A DNA stretch of 64,000 nucleotides, from NCBI RefSeq assembly GCF_964204645.1, contig NC_134026.1:28306150-28370149 (forward strand), in the 5' to 3' direction. This document shows, one piece after another, positions 50,254-61,352 of this stretch. The notes beneath the pieces are model-generated. The model saw only the letters and a list, made by a program, of their open reading frames with translations, did no database searches and had not been told where the DNA came from. The position numbers and the translations under genes were made by a program. Position 1 is the stretch's first letter, and each line of letters begins with the position of its first letter. The stretch comes from Tubulanus polymorphus. Taxonomy: Eukaryota > Animalia > Nemertea.

Positions 50254-52159
50254 AGCTTATCATTTCCGAGTTATATACATGGCTTCGTAATAAATTCCTG
50301 AACCTTCCTCGTCCTCTCAGCAAGAAATTCTGTTACATTTTTATTTACGTAAAAGTGCCGTTGCATATTTAAAGATTACTGTATTTCCCATGATTCTATA
50401 AATGGTTTCGTGTTTGACTTTTTTCTTGTTTTTAACAAAATGATCATCTCTTATGAATAATTTTCCAATGATTTTGATTCTTACTTCATGATTATGCTAA
50501 ATATTGAAATAGTTTTCGCAAAAAAATATCGTTCACAAATCGTTGCCTAATGCATCATGACTGAGTTTATGTTTGTTTTGGATGTTTTATCCATTATTTC
50601 TTCTATGTTATTATTATTCAACGTTCTAGTTAAAAATGGAATTCGAAGTTATTGGAAACTTGTTGACAAATCTTTTTAAAAGTTTGATGTTATTTTGTAA
50701 TTTCTGTATCGATCATAAGAATTTATATTTTGGTTCCATGCTAATGTACATGTATGAAGTTTCTGTATTTGTGATTTTTTTCGGGGATCTGTATTCAGCA
50801 ACCAGGAAGTAATTCTATTTTAATTGTTCGGTCGATATCAATTATAATACTGTGTTGTGTATACGTGAACATTTCACATGATTCCACTAACATAAAGCCT
50901 TAACACTGCCAAATGCTATTTGTTAACTTCAATGGCAATGTTTTATCCTACTAGCCTAGTTGATTAAAAAGATGAATGAGATGCAGGGTTTGTACAGGGT
51001 ATATATATATATAAATATACATATTTGCCTACTACATGAGGGCGTGTATCCCGCTGTCAACCTTATAATTGATATAAAGCTTGTTTGCATTTGTTCAATA
51101 TATTCAAAAGCCAATATTTTGTTACAACGGCTGTCTGAACAAATCCTACAGATTTATTGATTGCATCATCGAGTAAAAGGTATGGTTTTAGATATCATAG
51201 ATATTACGTATAAGCCCTGAACAATAATATCAGGTATAGTTGTGCTTTGCTTATTTCTCCTGGATTTGGCACTTAAAAAAACTTGCACACTTTCCCATGT
51301 ATCAGATAGAGTTTCGGTAATTGAAACGTTTTTTCTCCTTGGAATCTTGACGTATATGGATTATTTTATGTTATTTGCAAACATCATACTTTTATGGTGT
51401 TGATGTGTATTCTGTCTATATAAGAACTGCATTGTTGAAAAACAAATTGTTAGAAAACCCACTCTACTGTAAACCAAGTAATGTTGGAACCCACACTTGT
51501 AGATTGTATTATATTAATAATTGAATTGTAAGTAAATTGTACAGTTATTGTGTATTATAAATACAGACCATTTCAAGTAATTATTTTGGTTTGATTTTCT
51601 GAGAACGTTTGGAGGAAATTTCATAGGAGCTGCAACACCTTGGGCATGAATCAGTGTTTTCCTTTGGGACAAACAGGTTTTCTACATCTTCCTTAAATTT
51701 GATATACCTACACGGTTCGTTGTATAAAATGAAGCGCTTTTCAGTACTTAAGTGCAGAAAAAGTGGTGGTACTTAATAATGAATCGCACCCATGGTAGAC
51801 GTAACTGCTCAATCACTGCTCTTGGCAATTCATGGATAGACTGACCCTGTGACACGATGTCAATAAGCCTACTTATCTTTATAACCAAAGTCCATTATTG
51901 GATATAACAAATTGGAATCTTTTTATATTCAAAAGTGGGGCTAAATTCATTATTAAGAGAATAATTTCATAGAATAAAGCATTATACGATAGCATTCAAT
52001 GTCTATCCCGCCGCAGTGAAATAACGACCTCGACTGTCTAGTGCTGCCACTATCTATAGCGATAGCGGGGAAAACGTGAACTAACATAATACTCGCTTTC
52101 CTAAGTCTTAGAATGGCTTTCCAAAGTCTTAGAATGGCCGTACTTGGCAAACTATTTAC

Positions 52160-52231
52160 TAGTCTGAATACCAGTCATTGTTTCGGTTCCGTACAACTGT
52201 TGTTTCAGAACAACGGCTAGGTACTAGACTA
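52160..52231. mobile_element. 72-bp non-autonomous TIR element with 9-bp TSD (Academ-like termini TAG..CTA)
   Basis: ACTATTTAC occurs at 52151-52159 and 52232-52240. Imperfect TIRs are tagtctgaataccagtcattgtttc and gaacaacggctaggtactagacta. Confidence 0.75.
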
Positions 52232-52573
52232 ACTATTTACCTATTTGCGGCCGGAGAAAATTATCAAAATCTTAACACAGCACTAAAACTCAACCGGGAA
52301 ATGGATAAAAGGAACTACCGGACTTCCATGTTCAGTTTCCACTCTTTCACACTTGTGTAATGTCAAAAGATCCTTTGGTATAACAACTAAATGTGTAACA
52401 CTTTAAATGTAGATAATTAATTTATTAAATATAAAGACGAAAATAACAATTCCATTAAAAGTAAATGCAATATTCGTTTTAGACAAATACACCATTATAC
52501 ATGTACATATAGAAGGCGTGGTAGGATTTCTGTTGCATAGATGTTTGAACTGATTCCTCATTTATGTTAACAA

Positions 52574-55500
52574 TCAATTCTTTTCCTTCAAGGCAGCTAA
52601 AAATGATATCGCAATTAGAACAAGTTAAATCACTTAGAATAATAACTGATCATCATAAATCATAAATACATACTCTGAGGTTCTGAAATTTCCATTTCTT
52701 CATCTTCAAGAAGAGTTTTTTCTAAATTAAGTTTAGTCGGATCTGATGAGAGAGTTCTCTTTGAACGTCTTGACCTATTGGACTGCCGTACATCGGGCGA
52801 TCCAAATACTGTATCTTCAAGTTGACTGGAAATGAATAAACAAAACATGAAACAATCATGTCTGATTCTAGATAAGATTTCCATGAGAAGGGCTTTATAT
52901 ACCTCATTTCCATTGCGCTAAAATCCATTGACTGCTCTGCTAATGAACGCAAAACCTTTTTTCCCCTCTTTTTCTTTCCATCCCCTGAAAAACAGTATTG
53001 ACAAATATTTACCCACCGGTAACTTACTTTCTTCGATATGGAGCTCGGCGTTATATCTTAGTAAGACTTACCATTTACAATTGAAGCATCTTTTTCTGTA
53101 ATATTTGTTGTTTCCACCAAAGTTGTCTGAACAGATAAGAATTTGCAAATATGAAACGTTTTATTTCTTGAATAAATTGGGAAAAAAACAATTACAAGTA
53201 AATTTTCACCTCAGTTGGAGCTAATCGAGTTGTATCCATGGCAGTTTCTCCTTCTTCAGGATGAAGGTTTTGCAATAAGTCTGCGACAGTTTTGAGAAAT
53301 CTTTCACAGATTTTTAGAGAAACTTTATCTTTCACAGCCTGAAAGTAATTAAGTTTCATATATCTTAATGACATGAATCAATTGGGAATTGAAAGTTGAC
53401 AATGTTTTTTAAATACAGTCAAATTTGTTGACCTAGGTGGGGCAATCATCATGTTGGAATTATCTAAATGACAACTTACGCTTTGTAAATTGCTGGAATG
53501 GGACTCAAAAAAAGTGGCGACTTAAAGCAATGTGATGATTTATCTGAGTTGAAAGTATCAGCTTACCACGATAACCTGTTCCATCATGGCGTGAATATCT
53601 CGATTATCGGTCTCATTGGTTTCATTTAAAGTCAGATTTGTTAAAATCTTTGCCAATGTTCGCACGTTAAATGAACTCGGATCATTCAGAATTTCGTTAC
53701 ACAACTTGATGGCTAAACTGCTGTGAAGGCTACAGTCCTGAAATATTCATTATTCCAAAATACATGTATAAAAATTCATAAAACATGATAAATTACACAA
53801 ATTCTTATAGGAGAAATACTTAACATACCTGAGGATCAATATTCGTCTTGTTTTTATCTGTTAAATGCCACGTACTAGTAAGCTGTACCATTAAATCTGC
53901 AACATTGCCGGCATTTATCGTACTCAACGGACTAAACACCGGTGCATTGAACAATGTTTTAAGCGTGGGCATAAACGCTTCTTCGATGAGTTCCTGGTTC
54001 GCTCTAGTAGAAAGAAACGGAACATTTTGGTTTGAGGTTCAACGAAATCCCTCACGAGAACGCGGTTCACATACATACCGACGAGTAAACGCAAATTCAG
54101 GGAAGAAAGTTCCGAGACAATGTCGCAGATGTATATCATCCTCCGTAGTCGGGTTATACCACAGTAATATAAGACGGGACAGCAGCTTCGAAGACACCAT
54201 TCGACCCGATATCAATAACTTAGCTAAACCTTCAGCCGCAACTGTTCGCATTTCAGATATCTACAAATTTCAAAGTTACCTTCGCTATTTCATTATGAAC
54301 CAGGTGAAAAATTAAACTCGACTGTGTGCTATACCAGCAAAATACCTCACTATCCAACAATGCAGTTAGAATCGTTACCAGACTATTCACGCTCTGGTTA
54401 GATTTATTGCTCGTCTTTTTTTCATCTGATTCGAAAAAATCGTCAGTATCCTCATCGTCGTTCCGATCATCGGGATCCGCTTCATTCTCCTTCTCATTTT
54501 CGTCATTTTCTTCTCCGATTTTAAACGCGTCCAGACCGAACGTTAACAGCATATCGATGATGGATACTAAAGCGGAAACTTGTACTGTAACTGTATCCAC
54601 AGTCGCTATCTACAAATACATTCACATACATTACTGGTTGAAGTGCGTCTACTTACGTGTTTAGTTGCACCAGAAACAAGATCAGATTAAATACCTGAAT
54701 AAACAATAAGAAATGAGCCCTAGCTGCTGTTTTGCTCATCTGACAACACAATCCGAGACTCTTAACGGCAACATTTCGCACAGCTGGATCCGCATTCTGT
54801 ATTCCGGGAATGATCTACAAATCAATCGAAATATACATGCGTAAACAAAACTTTACATAACGTGGGCAAAGAAAGTGACCGAGTTTGCGTTAAACGTACC
54901 AGAACTTCGGTGAGTGTCTGTAAGGCTGGTGTTAGGTTTGGTAATGTCACCTCTAGAAGCATCTCGGCCGTAATAGTCAAACATTTTAACATTGTTTGCG
55001 CATCATTCTAAACAAACAGATACCAGGTAATTAGAATATGTAATCACCGGGTAAATCTATGAGAAAGGATCATTAGAAACATACCTTCTCGGTACGGATT
55101 TCCTGAGATTGCGGTTTTGCGTCATTCAGTAAGTTTTCTTTCTCTTCATCCAGTTTGTTGATTTCATTTTTGAGTTCAGAAGCTTTGCCGAAATCTTGTT
55201 CATTGATACTGATTTCGAGCTCCTCGCGCAATTCATTTAACTTCACGCGGATGGCAGCAATCTGAACAAACATTCAATCTGTTGTAATCAGCTTATTCAC
55301 CTTACGATTTCGCAAGCTTTGTAAAGTAAGAATTGTTCTAAGATTGGGAAGTAATGATTGTTATAAATACATACGCGAATGTCAAGTCGGCGTTGTTCAT
55401 CAGCACTAATAGAGGTCTCCACAGTAGTTATCGGTTCTCTAATATCTGCTATGACCTCTACGAGGTACTGTATTCGTAGTTTGTCATCTTTTTTCAGCTT

Positions 55501-58277
55501 AACCAACAGCATCAAAATTGGTTTAACCGTTGTGTAACTGACTTTATCAGAAACGAGCAAATCGTGTATCAATTTCTCCAACGATTTCCTGAAGAAAAAA
55601 CCATCATCTTCAATTATGAACATTTCATGAAACGTTAAAGCTTAAAATACTCGAGTAAAAGTTTTAATCTTTGTCCTCATTGAAAACATGAAGCTGCCAA
55701 TAGCAATTAAACCAAAAATTTGAATTAAACCTTTTCGTGAAACTGGGCCCTGTTCACGATTGTTTGGTAAATTACCTGCCAACCTCATCGCTCAGATCAA
55801 GTACACCGGCCAGGAACAACAACTGTTGTAATATATACTCCTGTTCTAGGCGTATGTCTAGATCCGTTTCTCGTTCGTAAACCGCTGCGTAAGACGCGAC
55901 GTACTGACAGAATTCAGATACAGTCGGCACCAGTCGATCGATTAGATCATCGGCTTGTTCACCTGAACGGATATATTCACTTAAACAGCGCCAGTAGAAA
56001 ACACTTTCACACGTCAGATTGTCAACAGGGATAACCAGCCTGAAATAAATATACACAGTTACACAGTGTTATTGAATTCAATGAACGTGAAGGCAGGTAG
56101 TCCTATGAAGATCAACTTTTTATTTTATCTTGTATATTGGCATCATCAGATAAATTTTCTATTTACCTGATTAAGCTACTAAACACTTAGTGAAAGCTTA
56201 CCATCAGGTAAATGTGTCATCTGACCTCGGTTGTAGGATATATCATATTCCATGGTCTCACAGTATGAATACGACACATCGCGATAGCATCACTACTTAC
56301 TTTTCATCTAATAAATCAAAGTCATCTACAAGTTGGGCGGACTGCGACTTCTTAAACATAGTTTGAAGCGCTAGTTCGGTAGTTTTCATCGATTCCGCAT
56401 CTTCAACGTCCAAACAATTGAGCAATTCTAAAATGTTTCCGCCGTACAGACGCAACCAAGCTTGTAATAACTGTGAAGCACACGCTTCTTTTACTACATC
56501 TGAAATTGAAATTCGGGAAATTATTCACCAATCGTAATAATGAATGACAGCAACAGACCAGCAATAGAATAATTTTTCAATTTCTCTTTTTCATCCATAT
56601 TACACAACCTCCCAAATCAAAATTTAAACAAATCATATCAGCAGATAAACCTCTACTGTAGTTGAACTTGAGAAGAAATCCAGCGTGGATATATTAGTAC
56701 ACTATTGCCACCTGGTGGATCTCGCGTGTCAAAGCGGAATCCTCGATTGCCGCAGTCCACTGCGTGCGTCCTCGTTACATTTACCTGACCTATCTCCGAG
56801 TCCATCCTTCAGAAGTTTAATCCGTTGAGCGATCGTGAGCGCTTTTATGTGAATTTTCTCGGCTATGACGATGAACGACGCTTTACGGACGACGTCCTTT
56901 ACGTCGCGCGTTCGCTCGAGAATCTGAGGTAGCGTCTGAGTGGACGTAGCGATCGACTGTAGAACAGCTTTACGAACATCTTGATTCGGATCACACGATA
57001 ACATGAACAGATACGCTGCAAGATAAAATATTCATTCCAATTTTCACTGAATAATGTATTCAAAAGTTTTCATTGTCATTATCAGATGCATCAGATTTAA
57101 CAATCATACCATTTATAATCGGACAATCTTTGTCAGTCGGGTCCTGTAGACGGGTTAGACTAAGAACGGCTTGAACGCGAACTAACGGAAATTTATCTCT
57201 CATTCGTTCTAACATCGCCTGATAAATACTGTCGTATAAGTTATCGTCGATCTGAGCGTCTTCACCCATGTTGCGCAATAATTTATTAATCAGTTGACAG
57301 GAACGGAAACGCACGGCATGATGGGAAGCTTGATGCGACTGAAATATTCATCACATTTGCATTCAATAATTTCCTGTGAAGACATTGAGCCCAGAAAGTA
57401 CTTTTCAGCACTTAAAGGATTTTGCCTGAATCAGCACTAATCGCGGTCTAATTTTATTTTTTTTTTCAAAATTTAACACCTTTCAGAATTTGTCAGCCAC
57501 ACTACAAACCCTGTCATGAAATCATATTTTATTTTTTTAAATTTTGATGTCAGTAATTGTTCGCATACCTTGAGCAGAAAGTCGATAATCTTATTGAGAA
57601 ATTCATTTTCTGTTTCACTTTCCTCTGAATCAACGGATCCATCCATCTCATCATCTTTGTTTGAATCGCTAACCTTTTGATCGATGGCAGGTGTTGAAAC
57701 CGTGAATTTCGCAATGAAATCAATCGTTCTTTCGACGGCCGGTTCTCGTTTATAGATAATCATACTGTGTTTCATTAAGTTTATGAAGGTAGAAATGAAA
57801 TCATTGCTTTCAACCTGAGAAAAACAAAATCAAGATATGATTTTATAGTTTGTTGGTTTATATTGCTTTACATCATTCGAATCTTAGTTCTCCAAAACTA
57901 ACCCCATTTAATTGTTCATTTAACCTCACCACAGGATGGCCTTAGAAGTGTTGCCTGCATGAATGAGCAGCAAGCAGGACTGGAACCTGCTTGTAACTCA
58001 GCACTGATGGTGAATGCAACAGCATCACGCCTTAGGTCAGCCCGTTACATGAAAATGACTTTTTAGAAGAATTGCTGCACTTAGATGTGGAGAATAGATA
58101 AGATAAAAACCCACTATCGGCCTATACAAATTTACAAGATTTGCAGTGGTTAGTTTGTTAATGATGGGATACCTTGGCTTGTATTTTCTGTAATCTTTTG
58201 ATTAACTGGCCATGGCTGTGTAAACCTTTCTGACATTCATTGAATATATCTTTCATTGCTTCTTCTGTGTCAGACAT
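52574..58277 (-). CDS. NCAPG: Condensin complex subunit 3 (CAP-G), multi-exon
   Basis: MSDTEEAMKDIFNECQKG, YKREPAVER, AVRFRSCQLINKLL, DKFPLVRVQAVLSLTRLQDP, ILERTRDVKDVVRK, LDLSDEVGR, RTVAAEGLAKLL, LILLWYNPTTEDD.HLRHCLG.FFP. The last exon TALKEKN* ends at 52574. Confidence 0.95.
55621..55750. mobile_element. Harbinger-like MITE, same family as 62964-63070
   Basis: Shares the internal ctcattgaaaacatgaa...agcaa.ttaa block. Right end is ttttcgtgaaactgggccc. Confidence 0.6.
57968..58048 (-). mobile_element. Possible degenerate tRNA-derived SINE head in NCAPG intron
   Basis: On - strand, ggctgacctaaggcg (A-box-like) is followed by gcaggttccagtcctgc (T-arm/B-box-like). No complete cloverleaf. Confidence 0.3.
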
Positions 58278-58770
58278 GGTTTCTTAGGAAGTGGTGTTGT
58301 AATTTTCAAAATACACTAAAAAAAAACCTGAAAAGACAGAAAGTGTCCAGGGAAAAAGTGAGATTAAAATGAATGATTTCTAGGTGCCTAGATTAGAATC
58401 AGATATAAACATCAACATCCCATAGGAATGTGGCCTTAAAAAGTGGCTTAAATAATAATATTGGCTAATTGACGAGTCACGAATTCATTGTCGGCTGGAT
58501 AGCGATTCGGATGCCTGAAATTCTAATTGTTAGTGTCAGTTAACAGTTTATGATTGCGATTAATCTGTTTGAGCTGAGGTTCGTTCGTTTGTTTTTTGCA
58601 GTTGGCTTTTGTTTATTTATTTTATTTTACGTGGCTTCTTGGACTTGGAGATCGCTTTCTTTATCAAAGGCAAGCTTTAGGAAGATTCTTACAATTGCTC
58701 ATCTAACCATTAGATAATCACACACACGGTGCAGATTAAACAAATTTACTGTTTTATAAATCATTTACGA

Positions 58771-59108
58771 TTTGAAATGTACCCCGAAATGTACCTCCAA
58801 AAATTGAAAAACTTTTCCGGGTTCGGTTTAAATCACCGGTATGGCATCGGGAGCATTAGTGAGCGTCGTATTAAGGCCATATGAGGCTTCTACTATAGTA
58901 GTAAAAACGAAACGTCGTAACCATTACCCCGCTACCCCTAACCTTTTAATTCTAAACTTGTTTACCAGTGGTAAATGGTTTACTATTATGAAGTGTCTTA
59001 TTTTATTTCTAAATGAATTAATGTTTCGTGATCTATTTGAGACACATCACTCAAAAATTTGATTTTTGGCGCCTAATAAAATGCCATTGAAGAGTTAAGA
59101 TTTCGCGG
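58771..59108. promoter_or_regulatory. NCAPG upstream cell-cycle-type motifs (CHR, E2F-like)
   Basis: TTTGAA at 58771-58776, TTTGGCGC at 59065-59072, TTTCGCGG at 59101-59108. These lie upstream of the probable non-coding first exon (donor ~58690). Confidence 0.4.
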
Positions 59109-59566
59109 CATATTCGCATACTCTGAAGAATAGCGTGTAGTCAATCTTAAGGATCAGCGTAGAACATGGCCCCGAGTAAAATGCAGACTACATATACTAC
59201 AAGCGGAACGAAGATATATGTTTGCCTCGATCGAACGCTTTAGAGCCAATGATACGACGTGTAAAACCTGAATGAGATAATATCATTCTAGTATTCCAAT
59301 GGGCAATGAATTTCTATTCTATCTTAACGTATTGTCCAAATATATTGACAATACCGGTACTTTCACTAAATTACAGATGCACAGGAGGGCAATGATTTTG
59401 ATAGTTATTGGTGACTGACATATATCTTTAGATTGATGCCTTTAATTTCGTAATCTAGGATAATTTTTAGAAATTGTTTTGCATCCATTCATTCCCTGTT
59501 GTCAATTCAGTGCCTAGCTGCCATAGGGACATTGATTGAAAATCTAGAAATACTGGATTCTGTTTT

Positions 59567-59671
59567 GGGTCTATCTTCGTCTTATTCTAGAGATTGAACT
59601 AGGGTCTATCTTCGTCTTATTCTAGAGATTGAACTAGGGTCTATCTTCGTCTTATTCTAGAGATTGAACTA
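59567..59671. repeat. Perfect 35-bp tandem repeat x3
   Basis: gggtctatcttcgtcttattctagagattgaacta starts at 59567, 59602 and 59637. Confidence 0.97.
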
Positions 59672-59792
59672 TTAGTTACATCATAAGCCGGGAATGAAAG
59701 GGTGCGGCTAGGAAAAGACTCTGGCAGTTGACCCGGCTAGCATTGATTTTGAATCCATTTTAAACTGTATTGAATCCAAAAAGTCTTCATTG

Positions 59793-59902
59793 AAAGGGGT
59801 TGAAATATAGAAAAGTGATATCATGATTTGAAAGTTTTTATGATCATGCCTCAAACCAAACTTTCAAGTCATGTTATAACTTTTCTACATTTAAGCCCGT
59901 TT
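59793..59902. repeat. Imperfect ~110-bp inverted repeat (MITE-like)
   Basis: aaaggggttgaaatatagaaaagtgatatcatgatttgaaagttt pairs with aaactttcaagtcatgttataacttttctacatttaagcccgttt. Confidence 0.75.
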
Positions 59903-60133
59903 AGGCTTAAAACGTTCCTGCCCTGGGCACAGGGAAGAAAGAGACTATCATACCGAGATAGCTACGATACAACGTTTGCTTTATGATGACAGCTATCGGG
60001 AGATAAAGCTAGTCAGCAGACATAATATATCAAGTCATTTTAAATTGCGCGGGGTGTGACAAGTTGGCCAAGTCAGCCAACTGATCGCTGTTCTATTCAA
60101 ACCACAGATTTCTTTAATAAGTTCATTAATTTA

Positions 60134-60362
60134 CCATCACTGACCGCCACTGACCAATCCAAACTTCTCGATCAGAGAACGATATACTGCGTTTAGTCCC
60201 AGACTAAAATGATTCACCATTGCAAATTTATGAATTGACCATCACTGACCACCACTGACCAATTCAAACTTCTCGAACATGAAAACGATATACCGCGTTT
60301 AGTGTCAGACCAAAAAAGGATTCACCATTGTAAATTCATAAATCGACCACACTGACCAATTC
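60134..60362. repeat. ~105-bp tandem repeat, ~2.2 copies
   Basis: ccatcactgacc.ccactgaccaat.caaacttctcga...aacgatata..gcgtttagt..cagac...gattcaccattg is repeated. Confidence 0.85.
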
Positions 60363-61352
60363 TATCTTCTACCCGGCCTAGATTAAATGCTCTCAGAAGT
60401 CAAAAGTTGTACCGTACCGCCGGGCCGCCCCAGTCGGGCCGATACGCGAAACGCCTCAAGTTTATCAATTATCTTTATCTTTCCCAAACAAATCATACAA
60501 TAATCGGGGTATTTGTAATATTAATTTTACGGGGCACTCGGTGTAATTCATTCAATATTTGATTATATTTGAAATCAGCAAGGACTGACAAGGCTCCGCT
60601 AACTGGGAGGGGCACCGATTATTCATAGTTATCCTTTCTCGCGTCGAATTTTAGTACACTTGTTTTGAAATCGGAACCGTTCGGCCAAAGGACGGCCTAC
60701 ATCGACTCGAAATGTTAATGACGATGCAAGAAACGGCCTCCACTTGACAATTTTCAAATTCTCAAGACGGAATATGGTACGATTTCTACGAATATCCATT
60801 AATCATAAATACACATACCACAATCAAAATACCATTGTATTGTCATCATGGGCAAATAACACTTATGTTTATTTTATTTTCAACTTACTTTTAAAAAAAA
60901 GTTTCACTTAGGATTTCTGTCAAATTTATAGGGGGTTGAACCCCTTCCCCTCTATTTCCGCCCCTACAGGCCCTGCCCAGTGCGGACAGCATCGCAGTGA
61001 TAACAGGGAAACGTACACCGATCGTAGGAGCGGAGTGAGATTTTTTGATCTTGAAATCGGGATTGACTGTGTTAAAAATATTTGAACGTAGTCGACATTC
61101 CATTTCCATAGCATACAATCGATTTTCATTTTATGTTCACCACATTGCGTGTCAGGCCCCAATTTGCCGCGACAAGCCTCGGGACTTGTGACGCCATATA
61201 TGCAGCGGGTTCATAAGAATGCCCTACATGGAAGAATTTTGTAAACAAACGAAAACTTTGATTTTGATTTTTTTTGATTAGAAAGTTAGCTACATCGGTG
61301 ATGATGACGACGATGAAATAAACCACTGCAGAGTGAATTTTGAAGAATTAAA

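Noticed and set aside
52038-52071. Hairpin followed by CTAG on - as a Helitron 3' end
   Set aside because: CTAG is followed by A rather than T, and I found no 5' TC end or second copy.
53480-53520. 41-nt frameshifting poison exon in NCAPG
   Set aside because: It would leave a 46-nt upstream intron, shorter than the other introns here, and the acceptor is weak.
59567-59671. 35-bp direct repeats as a CRISPR array
   Set aside because: The copies are contiguous with no spacers, there are no cas genes, and the context is eukaryotic.
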